Origin: the human T2T-CHM13v2.0 reference genome, Homo sapiens
Assembly (NCBI RefSeq): GCF_009914755.1
Contig: NC_060927.1
Length of the DNA: 64,000 nt
Direction: 5' to 3' (one strand)
Notes under the pieces: generated by a model
Told to the model about the DNA's origin: nothing
The model's input: the letters and a program-made list of their open reading frames with translations, nothing else
Database searches by the model: none
Part shown: one piece after another, positions 42,431 through 55,865 of the stretch
How positions within the stretch are numbered: the first letter of the stretch is position 1
Layout: each line of letters starts with the position of its first letter
Translations under genes and position numbers: made by a program

Positions 42431-42859
42431 ATTTCCAGCCTACCCATCCCTCCCCCCTCCCATTCCCGCCTTTTCCCCCTCCCGGTACTGTATCTCCCAC
42501 CCCAAGTCTCAGGTTCTCTTTTAAAATGCTTTAATTCCTTTGGTGGCAAAAATCAGGCTTGGGCTAGGAAGTGAGTCACCACTCAGCAGCGAAAGGAGCT
42601 TGTTTTTCTTTCTCTGAATGCATTTCTTAGTAATTTCAGACTGATCCTTTAGCCACTTGTTGGTTGAATCCTCTCTTAATGTTTAAGACACACTGAGAAA
42701 GAACTGTGGCACCAAGACGTTTTCCGATTGTTAGGAATGAGAGTGTTTTAAATACCGAAAATAACCAGAGGGCAGAGAGCTCTGAAATCCTACGTTACAT
42801 AAGCAGATGCTGGAAGACCCAGGCTGGTTCTGAGGTTCCTGTCTCCACAAGCAAGTCCA

Positions 42860-43830
42860 CGCGAATCCTCCCCGTTGCTGGATTTACTTTAATGCTGCCG
42901 AAGTCTCAAAAGGGGCCTCTGGATGCTCAGAGGACAGGCAGCGCAGGAACTTCCTTGTCAAATAAGCCTTGCCTGGAGGGAGAGGGATGGGGCGATTTTC
43001 ACCCGCGGGCGGTGGGACGGGGCTGAGGGCTGGGGGCTGCCTGGCTCCAGGCCATGTCAGTGCCTCCAGCTCCAGGTCCGGGTCCACCCTGAACTTTGGC
43101 TCTGCTGCCCGGACGCCCAGCTTCACCTCCCTTGCCTCGCTTAGAAACCCTTCAGTTCTCCCGGACCGCTATGTAGCTTTTCAAATTCCCAAATTCACAG
43201 AAAACACCTTCAAAAGTCACAATCACCCACAACTCCCTCTGCCAAAAAATGTCATGCAAAAACGGAAAATACTCCGATTCCCCTTTCCTCCCAGACACTC
43301 TCTCTCTCTCTGTCTCTGCTATTCATTTTCTCCCCCACCTTTCCCCATCTGTGGTCAAGATCCCTTTCACTATTTCTAGTTCCCTCTCTTTTTTCCCTTC
43401 TCCCTCTCTCTCCCTTTTCCACTCCTTCCTCCGTTGTGACCGCGCTCCCCCTCCCCCCGCCCCGTCGTCTCTCCTCCGCCTTGCGGGCTCCAGTCTCTGC
43501 CCGCCCCTCCCCAGAGAAGAGTGTCCAGCTCCTCCAGAGGCTGCCCGCCCGCCGCTCCTTCCCTGCCCACCTACTATGAGGAGCAGCTCCTCCCACCTGC
43601 CCATAAAAGCCAAGTGCATGTTACCAGCAGCGGATCACAGCCCTTCCCCGATCCTCTCCGTGGGAGCCAGCGAGCCTCTCTCCCTGATCTTACGTGCTCA
43701 AGGTAAGACAGCACTTCTGCAGGCAGCTCACCTACCAGGGGTTGCTATGGGGGAATAAGTCACCCTCTGGCCAACGCGTTTGCTGTTTGGTTAGAGCTGA
43801 TTCTTACGGATGCGCGATCCGCTGCTCCTT
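42860..43830 (+). promoter_or_regulatory. COL8A1: CpG/GC-rich promoter of COL8A1 with GC boxes and a TATA-like CATAAAA (43602-43608)
   Basis: The only CpG-dense region in the window; CCCGCCC Sp1 boxes near 43456, 43500 and 43544; TATA-like box ~30 bp before the recalled mRNA start. Confidence 0.8.
43634..43702 (+). other. COL8A1: Non-coding exon 1 (5' UTR) of collagen type VIII alpha 1; start approximate
   Basis: atcacagcccttccccgatcctctccgtgggagccagcgagcctctctccctgatcttacgtgctcaag matches my recollection of the COL8A1 mRNA 5' end; followed by the strong donor GTAAGA; contains no ATG. Confidence 0.75.
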
Positions 43831-46800
43831 TAACTAGCAACTGGTTTGAAAACAAACTTCTGTTTGAATGGTAAAATAAAAGCTCCTTCAGGGAAGAAAC
43901 AGCAGCATAAATATTGCGAAACCTTTCTCTTTTTAAATCACTTTTTCTCCTGTTGCTGACTGTTGCTTAGGTTAAAATGTATCTGTTTGGGGTGTTGTAC
44001 TGACGTTTTTCACTGTACATATTTCACACATCAGTGGGGGCAAGGAAAACGTTGTCCCATTGTCAAAAATGTACTTTAAAAGAACACAGTTAACTTCCTA
44101 AAAATAGCACAGTCAAAAGGTCTGCTAACAATTTTGTGATGTTTTCCAAACCCCCAAGACAGCTTCTGTGAGTCCTTTAAAAAAATATCTTTCCAGGTTT
44201 TAGCGCTTGGAAAAAAATGATGTGAACGGGTGCCCTTTGCACGGGGACAGTAAGTAATCAGGTGGCTGGTAGATAGGAAGGAACAAATCCAAATTCACAA
44301 GCCAGGGTAGAATGTGCTCTCTCACCAGGCTATCTTTTCACGACATCCTAAAATGAGAATTACGATGGAACTAAGAAAGTGTATAAAAGAACTTCATGAA
44401 TTTCTGTACACACACCTAAACATAAAGTGTTTCAATATGTTTCACAGTAAGAGAATAATACAGGCCAGATTATACAATACTTCTGTGCACACCAGATGGT
44501 TGTAAAGAAAGATCAGCGAGAAAGGCTTTGGAAGTTTTAATCCTTCTTTCCACCTTTTTTCCCCCGCATTTAGTAAATCACAACCTACCTGACTGGCATC
44601 CAATTATCAGAGATATTCAGTGTTTAAGCTACCCTCTTTAAAAGAAAATGATCTCTTCTTATTCCTAAGGTAGAATAAATGTGCACCTGTGAAAGGAAAA
44701 ACATACTCCACAGCCACTTCTGTAAAACCAGACACTTGGTCCATGAAGTTTGCCATCAAATTCTGTGGGTTGTGTGGGATGAAACTCTCTCAAGTGGGAG
44801 AAAAACCCTCTTCAAATGTTTCCTCTGGGGAATTGCTCAAGACCACTTAGAGAAGGCAAACCAAAAGTACCAGTCAGGAAACCAAACCACTCTTTTAGCC
44901 CTTAAGGTTCTTAAAGTAAGAAGAGAAATGTTTCACTTTTTTATTTTTTTGTTTGTTTATATTATCTCATGTGGAAAGAAAAAACTCACCGAAGCTGTAT
45001 GAAATTCTCCCCTATTAAAGAAACAAGACTCATTAGAAATTTAACTTAGGTCTTCCAAACCATTTCTCCTTAGCTTTTGCATATCAAAAGTAATAAAAAT
45101 ATTTAAAAGTTCTGCTTGAGATGGAGAGGATTCAATGCTGTTACTCAAATGCAAGAGTTATATATAAAGTTTCTGTCACGTTAAATTTTTCTTCATTGGA
45201 AAAAAATATTGCAAGAAGTGCAGTTTCCTTTAAGCAAATTATATAAAATTACTATTGGCCAAGATAGTATGTGACCTGAGCATATTAACATACCTTTTAT
45301 CTCATGCCACAATGCAGACTGCTTGCTTTATATCTGATGCACATAGGTAATCAACCATGACAAGAGTACAGGTATGGGACAAGGCCAGACCAAGTATGTG
45401 GCACATTCAAGTTAATTCTTCTTTTATGGTAGTGCCTGACTCACACCCATTATCACAAGGATGAAAATACGCTGCTTCATTCACCAGATCCCCTTGAGGG
45501 AAGTTATCTTTTCTTGGGGTGGAGGGGGAAATGCTCCCAGTTTAAATGAGCTTCCAGTTATTCCTAAGTTTGGGGATAAAAGTATTCTCCAAGGGTTTAC
45601 TTCTGCTTTCTCTGGCAATTAATCCACCGGACCAGCTATGGACCGTTAAACAGTAACTGCCTTCCCTATGTCCCATCAAGTTCAAGCCCCTAAATAACTG
45701 AGTGAGATCATCTTAGATTGCTCATGATCTAAGTTTCCCAGGAGCAAAGCTATCCTTTCTCCATAGGGTACATACCAAGCAAGATGACACTGCTCTTCTT
45801 AAGCTTTTAGAAAAATCAGTGTCGAAGTTTCATGTAGTCGCCCCCAAATCTCCCCTTCTGCATGGGATGTGGATACTTCACGTGAGTCTCCTCTTTTTGC
45901 CATTATATAGCTGCCTCTTGATCAAGTCCATGACTATACCCAACCAATGCCATTGAGGCAGACTTGGGAGGACTTCTTAATGTTTCTCAGAAAAGATAAG
46001 ATGAGAAGCTGCCGCTTTCACTAGAGACACAAGAAGGGAGCTCTACTGATTTTGAGGGCTTGCTGATCCTACAGAAATGTGCATTTTAGATGTTCTACTA
46101 CTGTCAAAATTATAAAATGATATCCTTTTCATGATCAGAAAACATATGCCACTTTATTCCTATTTATGAAATAAAAATCAAGGAGAAGAGGATTGGGGTG
46201 AAAAGGGACTTGAAAGAGAAGCTGGAGGAATCACAGAAGTGCCCTAGGAGAAAAGCAAGATTAGGAGCTCTGTTACGAAACGCAACTTCTCCCAACCCTC
46301 ATTTATGTGAACATGAGGGGATGGGGAAGAGCAAAAATCCATGTCTGCTCTTGTCTTTTTATTTGTTTGTTGTTTTTTAATCAATGAGAGTATAAGATCC
46401 ATCTCTACTATGCCCTTCTTCTTAGCCCTCCTTCTTTAGCAGAAAAGAACAGCTTGGTTCTAATGATGAAAATGATTTCAGGTTTGCCCCATATTTAAAA
46501 ACCCACAGTAATTTGCTAGTCATAATTCTAAAAGCTATACTATGAGTTAAAATAAAAAACTCCTTAAAACATGTTTTTAACTAACAGATGGGTCACGTCA
46601 ACAAAACCAACCCTAAGTCTCCTGAAAAGTGTAATGTTGAGTGCTTATTTGTAAGTTAAAAGTTAGAAACAGCAATTTACTCCTTATCCATGGTTACTCA
46701 CTTTGGTATGGAAACTTGCAGACAGATTGAGACACACCGTATTTCCTAAAACCTCTGGTCCTCCAAGTAACCCTCTGGGAGCTAGGTGTTTCTGCCTTGA

Positions 46801-49800
46801 CCTCCTTCTCTTCAACCAGACCCCTATAAACATACATGTACATAAGTTAAAGAAGGTACAGATCTTGAAACTTGAGTGTATTCTTGTGAAAGGTGCACTG
46901 GTCTAACTATTGAGTGAAAAGAAAACCAAAAGGAGAGGAGAGGAGAATTAAGGGGAGAATGAATGCCCTTTGGAATTTAGAGAATCTTTCTTTTTAGCAT
47001 TGTGTGAAAAGGATATCTCAATCCCTAAAGCATCTGGGAATACACATTTATTTAAAGAACCTGTTCAAAAGTTGTCACAAAATGCTAAGAATATAATGAA
47101 GAAGATCTTCCAGTGACCTGGCAGATATTAACAGCAGGTTACACCCCACACTACTAAATTATAGCTCTATTAAACTTCCCCTTTCTAGAGAGATAAGGAG
47201 TGAGAAGTATGAGCATTAACCACATTTCAACACAAACAGAGAAAAGCTGCTAATGAGAGATCCCTCTATCACTTTAGTAACTCCATTTGTTGTTTGAGGG
47301 AGAAGGTTCTTCATAGTTTTTCCTCAAGCAGATTTGCAGGAATGGGGTTAAAGGGAGTCACACAAGGTTAGAATGTCTACAAGCCTGAAGTCGTGTGTAC
47401 TCAAATTCATGAAGCCATTGAAATTGCATCAGATCAAACTGAAGTGAATAAAACAAAAAGTGTTCACCAAAACTGATCACAGAGTAATCAATAAAAATAA
47501 AAATAATGAATTCTAACTTCTCAATGTAGGATAAGAGCAAAAGCAACAACTTTAGCTGACTATGTAAAATATGAACACACACCTGACAATTCACCTTCGG
47601 TGTCCTCTATTTATTTGGGGCTCACTTCCATCGTCCCTCCTGGACAACAAAAACTGACCCTTCTCTCCTTCAGCAAACCTTTCAGGATGTGCAGATGCAG
47701 TCATAGTCCCTCTGTGACATTTCCTTTGTTCTTTCCCTGGAAAAAATCTCTTTTTAATTCTCATAGAACAAGTTTCTAAAGAACCACTCATACTTGTGGC
47801 TTCTCTCATTACCAAAAATTTCCTCATACTTCTCTTAAATAGGATATAAATTTTCACCCTATCAAATGTAAAAGCTTCACATTTTTCTAAACTTTAATTC
47901 ACATACCTAGAAGAAAGTAATTTAAAATTGCTACTTGCCTCCAACAGAATATCTGAGATGAGGTTTCAAAGCCATTTTACTTATCCAGTACTTATTATAA
48001 CTTCTTGGAAATTAAAAAAACTTTAGAGAATCATAAAAGATAAATGCTGGAAAAGACCTTGGAGCTAATTGTAACTAAAAGTTAATTTTACAGGTGCAAA
48101 AGATCAGAAAGATTAATGTCTTTCCCCAGGCCACCCAGATGAGTACAGCACACCCAAGGCTGGAGTTCATACAGCCAGTTTCTCCAGCCAGTGCTTAATC
48201 TTGAATAACTGCAGTGTGGCTCCTCGTATAATGTGAATCTAAGGTGTCTTTGACTATGCTGAGCATTCCGTAGGCACTTAACATACAGGGCTCTCAGAAA
48301 CCATAGCTTGGTAGAGGTTTGGACTACAGCTATACCTCTACTACCAAATGTCTAGGACACGTTGACATAAATTCTTGTGAAGAGTGAAGTCAATGGTCAT
48401 CACCATCACAGGGATGGTATGTTTTTAACCAGCCCAGGATATGGTACATAGTAGCTGCTCAGTAAATCTGTGTTGAGTGGGTGAATGAATGGGGAAAAAA
48501 GCTAAGTATAAAATATCCATTTTCCTAAACTCCTTTCTTACTTGTAGAAAATATAGTCTATAAAACTACTTTCTACAAAGTAATGGATTTACAAAGTAAA
48601 TTTTACTTCGTAGAAAACAGTCTATACAGACATACAGTGACTCAGGTCTCAAATGTATTGAGTTTAAGATTCTCCCTTGCTTTGGGAAATCTAGAAGAGT
48701 TCATTTTAGCCTTAGCAATGGCTAAGCCGTTTTCCTGTCTGCAATATTCTCACTAGTTCTTCCCATATTTACTTGAGTTCTAGAAACTGTATTATTTTTT
48801 ACAGGAGGCTTAAGATCTAGTTCCAATATTCATTTGAGAGAACAAATGAATTAGAATGTGAGATTTACAGCGTAACTCTCCTCTTCCACCCAACAGACAA
48901 AGTGTTGCCAATTTAACCATTTTGTACCTTCCTCGGCCTCTAATGAGAGAAAGAGCAAAATACCCATAATGGATAATCAGGAAAAACATTAAGGGACACA
49001 TCAGTCAGAATGTGTAGGTATGAGATTTGTTGTAACAGAGGGGCAGAGGGGAGAGGTGATCAAGGGACTAAGAGTATAGAGACAAGACAGTGAAGCTAAG
49101 AGAGTTTATTCCTCTGAAACAGAGGAGGGAGAATCTCCAAGAGTTTTGAAATGCTACAAGAGATTTTAATAGCATTGTCCAAAACCAGACCCTCTCAAAT
49201 GCTTGAGAGATGACTTTCTGTTTGAGTCAGGGTTCTTTAAATACAACACTAATTGAAGCCTGGATGACACAGGTGTGAAAGCTTTATAAGTACCATATCT
49301 ATTAAAACTCTTCTTATCATTTGACTGGCCCTCAAGTGGGAAAGGAACCTCATTTCACCTCCTTTTAGACTTGACTCTGACCCAGGATAATAACTCCATG
49401 GATGTCAAGTCATTGAAATGTTCTCTGCTAAAATAACAACACAATTATTGGTAACACATAAAGTCACTCCATCATAGAAAGTGACGAAGGCAGGAAAGAA
49501 TATTCTTGTATTGTTTCTGTAAACAATTTACCCTGAATAAGCAGACAGATGTTAGCCCAGATGCTTCTTCACTTTCCTCTGAAGCATGCCTGACAATTAT
49601 TTCCATATCTCCGAAATAGTAAGTGTGTTTCTAAAATCGATCTATTATATGTTAAATTTAACACAGTCTATGGCTAAGCATCACTGTGAAAACATTCTTT
49701 TAAGTAAGTCTTTCTTGAAGACTGTCCCTCTTAAGCTTCCAATTGATGTGTTTACATCACAGGATATTTAGGCATTGGATCATTTGATGTGCTGAGACTG

Positions 49801-52009
49801 AAGACAATCACTTCATGTGCTACTTTTCCAACTCTAACTAAATAGGCCTGGGTGTGGGTGTCAGCTGTCAACTTCTCTAGGAAATAACATGTATCTAGCC
49901 TATTGGGGAGCTTCTCTAGTCCCCTCTGTTAGCTAGATAAAACAGCTGCTTTTTGGAAGTCTGGGCCAATGGCCTGCATAATTGAGGCTTTGTGTTCTAA
50001 GGCAATTATGGCTAGTTTATGGCAGCAGAGGGGTTAAGTTGCAGCTGCCTTCAGTTCAGTAGGAGGATTTCAAATATTAACAGCTGACCGAAGAGCACTG
50101 TGATGGGGCAGGTGGGACGCATTTTCAAGCCAACATCCCATTTAGGATCTTCTTCCAACTAGCATGGTGTCTACACTCTGACGATAAGCCTAAACTTCAT
50201 TCATAAATTCAGTGATGATTGTACATTATTGTATTTCTTTAATGATCTACTTAGCGATTGCCCAGTCTTAAAGTCCAGGAGTCATGGTGTTCATCAATGC
50301 TATCAATCCAAACAAGCGACTTCTTGTTAAATGGCAGACATAAGATTAAAGCCAAAAAGTACATGAAGGAGGGCACTAGGGGGAGCTAAGAATTTGTGAG
50401 TTAGGTAGCCAAGATTGTTGAGGTTGGAAGAATGAGGAAAGAAAGGGGATCTGTGGCAAAAATATGCTATTGGATCCACAGTTCTAGTTTAAGGACATGT
50501 CTAGTCCCTTTTCCAGCCCCCAGTTAATTACAATCCCCTGCTGCCCAAATGGAGAGGGAGGTTGTTCACCAGTAGAGGGAGCCAGGGGCTGGGTGTCTCA
50601 ATAGAAACTGATCTGGTCCCAGAAGGGGCCTTTAGATTTAAGTTTTTCGGATCGAAGGCAGAGCAAAGTGTCCCTTACAACCAATGGCTAAAATGTATGC
50701 CATTGTAGTAGATCACATTGTTAGTTTTCTTTTTAAAAAAAAAAAAAAAATCCTAATTTAAGCCTCTAAGAATAAATCACCCACATTTCTGGCATTAGCA
50801 ATGCCTGAAATGTCCGGGCTTGTGGAAGTTTATTTGAAAGAAAACTAAAACAATCTTAGAAAATGTTCTTTCCAAGGCTACCACCAGCCAAGACTGAATC
50901 TAAATGCTCAATTCAGTAATAAACAAAGCCTGGCAGCTGGGGGTCAGTGAGAGACAAGCACAAAGACTGAGGAAGCCTGCGGTGACTAGACCCTCCCTGT
51001 CAGTGGAGTAAGGGGAAGGGAGCTGGGAGAAAAAAAGACAGAAATGGGCCAAATAGGCTTCTCCACCCAGAGGGTCCAGAACCTGCTCCCCTAAATCTGG
51101 GTCTCTCCAGGGAGCAGCCAGGGTCTTGCCTAGACTGAAGTGAATACCTTTCTGTTGAACATTTCCATTGCACAGCTGTGTGGGGATGGCTTGTTAAGAC
51201 TTGAGACACTTGCATAATTCAGAACCCTTTGGGGGATAGAGATCAATTAGGACCATAAAAAAAATCCTTGGCACACCAGAGGAGAGCTGCTTGCTTAGTA
51301 AAAATTATGACATTCACAGCAAAACAGCAATCCTCTAAGATCATTTTTTGTGTCCATAGAGATGAAGCTATGGAGTTGGTGTGCATGTGACTTGTGAATC
51401 ACCAGAAAATCTTCAGTGTTTTAATTTCAAAAACACCTTGACTCTCTCTGGGGCAAGGGGCGTGTCACTGATCGTCTCTGTGCCTTAATTTATTTATCTT
51501 AAGCAGAACAATTTTTAAATAACTACCTTCTTTACCACTTAGAGACATGTGAGGTCCTGTCAAGTATTTTTCAGAAAGATACTAATTAAGCATGCATTTT
51601 ACGGTTACTAATTTAGTACGGTAAATGGATTATACTTACAATAACTAGGAAGGGCTCAAAGTATTTATACAAAATCAGTCAAAATGGGATAAAATGTCAA
51701 GTAGCCACATAACCTTCCAAGATATAGCAAGAGCATTTTTGTTTCTCAGAATACAGAGGTCAATCCCACATATCTCAAAAGGCCAAACAAGATCAAGGGT
51801 AAGTGGAAAGTAAAAAAACAAATAATAATTAGAAAATGGCTTAAAGAGTCTTAAAAGGCTTATATTCTTACCAATCTGTATTTTGAGACCAGCCAAAGGG
51901 GAATTTCTCACATACAATACAGGGTTTCTGATCTAAAAACTCTATTTTAACTGGAGAAAGATAACTGTTTAATAATGACTTTTGTATAAAATCTCTGCAT
52001 CCCTTGCTT

Positions 52010-52240
52010 CAACATTTTCCAAAGTGCATTTCAAAACACTGCTACCTGGGATTCATCAGTGTTTATACAGAAAAAAGTTCTGTGGTCAAATAAGCTTTAG
52101 AAACACTCAATGAAACAATATTAAACATTTTTATTCACTGTATGGCTTCACAGAAATTTTTATATGCTATATATATTTTCATCCTTCAAAGATGTTACAA
52201 TCGAGTGTTCCTTAAACATTTGATGACATATCTACCCTGC
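52010..52240 (+). mobile_element. MER103C-like hAT remnant
   Basis: cattttccaaagtgcatttc...aaaaaagttctgtggtcaaataagctttagaaacact. Confidence 0.6.
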
Positions 52241-53094
52241 CTGAGCGCATCTCCTGGGACTGATATTCTACGGAACAGCTTAAGAATAGTTTAAGAATCA
52301 CTTCCTGCAGCATTATTTCAAGATCAGTCAGAACATGGTATTTTCAGTCTTGCTAGTTGTTAAGTAATACATACTGAATGTCACTATAAGATATGTAGAG
52401 AGATTTCTAAAACCCAGGGGAAACAGGAACAAAAGAAGCAGATAACATGCCTTTGTTCTATGGCTCAATTCTTTATTACAATAATAGCAAGAATGCCAGA
52501 AATATTATTCAAGTCTCTCTCTCTCTCTCTCTCTCTCATATCTTCAACCTCCACTTCTACCCAAAAAATCTTTAGAACACTGGACAAATTGAAGTTGTCT
52601 CTTCCTTTCCATCCCACTCTCTGGATACTGTATAGAGAGAAGCGGCCAACAATGAGCAATAAGTTCAATAAACAAGGAGCCTAGATAATTCTTTGAACTA
52701 GCTCATCAGTCTCTGAGCTGTTAATTTCCTGCTTTATCTTTACTATCATTAACTAACCAAGATCGTTGGCCAAATATTTTCTTTGAGCATTTGCTTTCTC
52801 ACCATCAATAGGGAGCTAATTTCTGTAGGAGGAACACACTGATATTCTGGTGTAATTTACTGAATGAGGAATTACTTAGTTTATCTATGACACTCAGACC
52901 TCCCACTCCATACAATTTACTATTTCTCTTAGGACATTACTCTGGGAATTATCTTTCCACTTCACAAAGTTAGTGCCTGGAGGTCAGTATCCCGTAAGTG
53001 GCACAGTTGAGCACCCTCTGCTTTCAGAAAATAAGTAGCTCATAGTCATCTAAAGGAGAAGGGAGAAATTCAAACACATCATTAATGGTTATAA

Positions 53095-53320
53095 TAATAA
53101 AAGCTATTTGTTATCTAACAGGACCAGATATTGTGCTAGTCCCGTTATCTATATTCCCCATGTCAACCCTACAAGAAGGGTGTTATTATTCCCAATTTAA
53201 CGATGAGAAAAACTAAGCCTCCACTCGTTAAGCAAATTGCCTAGGGCCACACAGCTAGGAAGAGGCAGAGCAGGTTCTTCTATCCAGGTCACAGTCCAAA
53301 GTCCATGGTCTTCCTGCCCG
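53095..53320 (-). mobile_element. MIR
   Basis: ttattattcccaatttaacgatgagaaaaactaag...ttgcctagggccacacagctagga. Confidence 0.8.
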
Positions 53321-54149
53321 CCTGTGCTGCTTCTCATGATGTCTTGTCCTATCATGGAGGAAAAAAATAAAAATAAACTTCCTATGACAACGCCTCTGAC
53401 TCATAAAGAAAGTGAGAGAATTCTAGTGGCTCTGTTCCTAGACACTGCTTACTGGCTCTGTTTCTTGTTTAATACAGTGATTTTAATTTCTTTTTCTTTT
53501 TTGTTTCTTTTAATCTAAAAGCATGCTGTCATTTCAGAGCCAAAAAAGTAAGGACTGTGTAATTAGAAAAGAAAAAACAAACAAACAAAAAACAAAACAA
53601 AACAAAAAACATCATTTCTCCCTAGGGTAATTTTTAAGGGCTAAAAGTTAGTCCATAAACTCTCCCCAAGTGAAGACAAGTTGCTTGGCACCAATCCGGT
53701 AAAAAGAATGACAGTCTAGCATGTCATTCTTAAGGCAATAGAAATTTCCATGATTCTATGAGAAACACTAGAGCAAAGGCACTTCGGCACATTAAATGAA
53801 CTTGTATCTAGCTCCCCAGATTATTCTCTTTGGCACGACTTTTACCATAAACCGTAGCCAGATGATGACAGTAAACATGACTTAAATGTTTCCCCCAAGC
53901 CATGAGAGTCACCTAGGAAAATGTCTATGTTGTCTACACCTGCTGCTTAGCCTGCAGTGAGAGTATATATAGAAATAAATATACCTCAAGCCCTTCCTTT
54001 ATCCTGTGCCAAAGACAAAAAAGGAAACAAAGCCTAGCTTTTTCCCCCATGCTCACATTCTGTTATGCTTTTTGGCTTTTGTTCTTGATCTTCCCTCTCT
54101 GCTTGTAGTATTTCTCACTTAATCTACTAGATTAATTTATACTCCTCTT

Positions 54150-54420
54150 CCAAGATTCAGATTAAGTAAGTATCTTCCCCTCTGTGAGAACATGCCTGAA
54201 ACCAGCCTAACCCAAGCTGCCTCGTGGATCTCCTTCAGACTCCCTAGAACTCTCTGTACAAGCCCTGCCACAGTTGTCTCCATTCTATAATGGCATGAGT
54301 TTAATTTGTGTATCCACCTCCATAAAGACTGTGAGCTCCTTGCAGAAAGATTTGTGTCTTATTTACCTCTGCAACCTCAATGCTTGGCACATAATAAGGG
54401 CTTAATAAATGTGAAAAGAA
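54150..54420 (+). mobile_element. L2 3' fragment
   Basis: agactgtgagctccttgcag...gcttggcacataataagggcttaataaatg. Confidence 0.7.
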
Positions 54421-54794
54421 AAGAAAAAAATAGAGGTAGGGGAATAAAATAAGTTGACGGTGAATAAAGATTTTAATTGTGCTACTCTCTGTCCCCATAA
54501 ATTGTTCTAAAAAGGGACAATTTGGCCTAAGTTCATTCTTGAAGCCTTGATGTGATTGGGGTATATCTAGATATGGTAGAAACTCCTTTCCATTCTGAAA
54601 TATTCCTTGATGAAAATGAACATCTTAGAAAGAATAAAAGTTCTGAATAAAATTTAGAATATCCTGATTTCTTTAGGACTTCATGAAATGACCAACACTA
54701 CCCCAGTCTTCCGTGTGGTTTTCTGAGAGAACCAAGAACCGCGCTTCCACATTCCACATCTCCCTTTCCTCCCCATCCCATAGCATAAATATGT

Positions 54795-54855
54795 GCTCTC
54801 TCTTGCTCACTCTTTCTCTCTCTGTCACACACACACACACACATACACATACACA
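54795..54855 (+). repeat. Compound (CT)n/(CA)n microsatellite
   Basis: Read directly from the sequence. Confidence 0.85.
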
Positions 54856-55360
54856 GTGTTACTAGGCTTTGACTGAACTCTGCAGCTAAACATGGGGCAT
54901 AAGATGAATGCCTAATGGTATTCTAATATTAATATTGGTGCTCCATATACCAGGTTACACAAAGAAAAATTATTTCCCATGTGACCATTGTCCCAGGATT
55001 GTTAGTACCCTGCTCAAAAGGATTTAATGGCATTATGAAATGTAGAACAAACACTTTAGCTTGACAGTCGAGTCTCACAACCTATCTCACCCCAAAGCTT
55101 CTTTTCATCTTCACCTCCCTCAAGTCTATAAACAGGAATTAAATCTGATGGGCTACTACTCCCCCAAACATTCCTTTTTCCTTTCTCTACAGAAAATGTC
55201 CCCCATTCTCCTTTCAACCTGTCAGAATAACCATAATTTCAAAATCCTATTAAAGCCTTCATCAATATTATAACAAGCACTGATCCTTCCCTATTCTCAA
55301 CTAACAAGCAGTTACTCTAAATGTCAGTAATATGTCACCTATACACTGTATTGAATAAGT

Positions 55361-55865
<505 letters not shown>

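Noticed and set aside
43634-43702. Alternative gene identities for the first exon (e.g. SYTL2, NEXN, DDR2)
   Set aside because: The recalled 5' UTR sequence and the absence of neighbouring gene exons in the 43 kb upstream fit COL8A1 better; BLAT would settle it
42706-43758. Cluster of overlapping 60-169 aa ORFs at the promoter
   Set aside because: Expected from GC-rich, stop-poor and low-complexity sequence; only the ATG-43576 uORF portion is kept as a hypothesis
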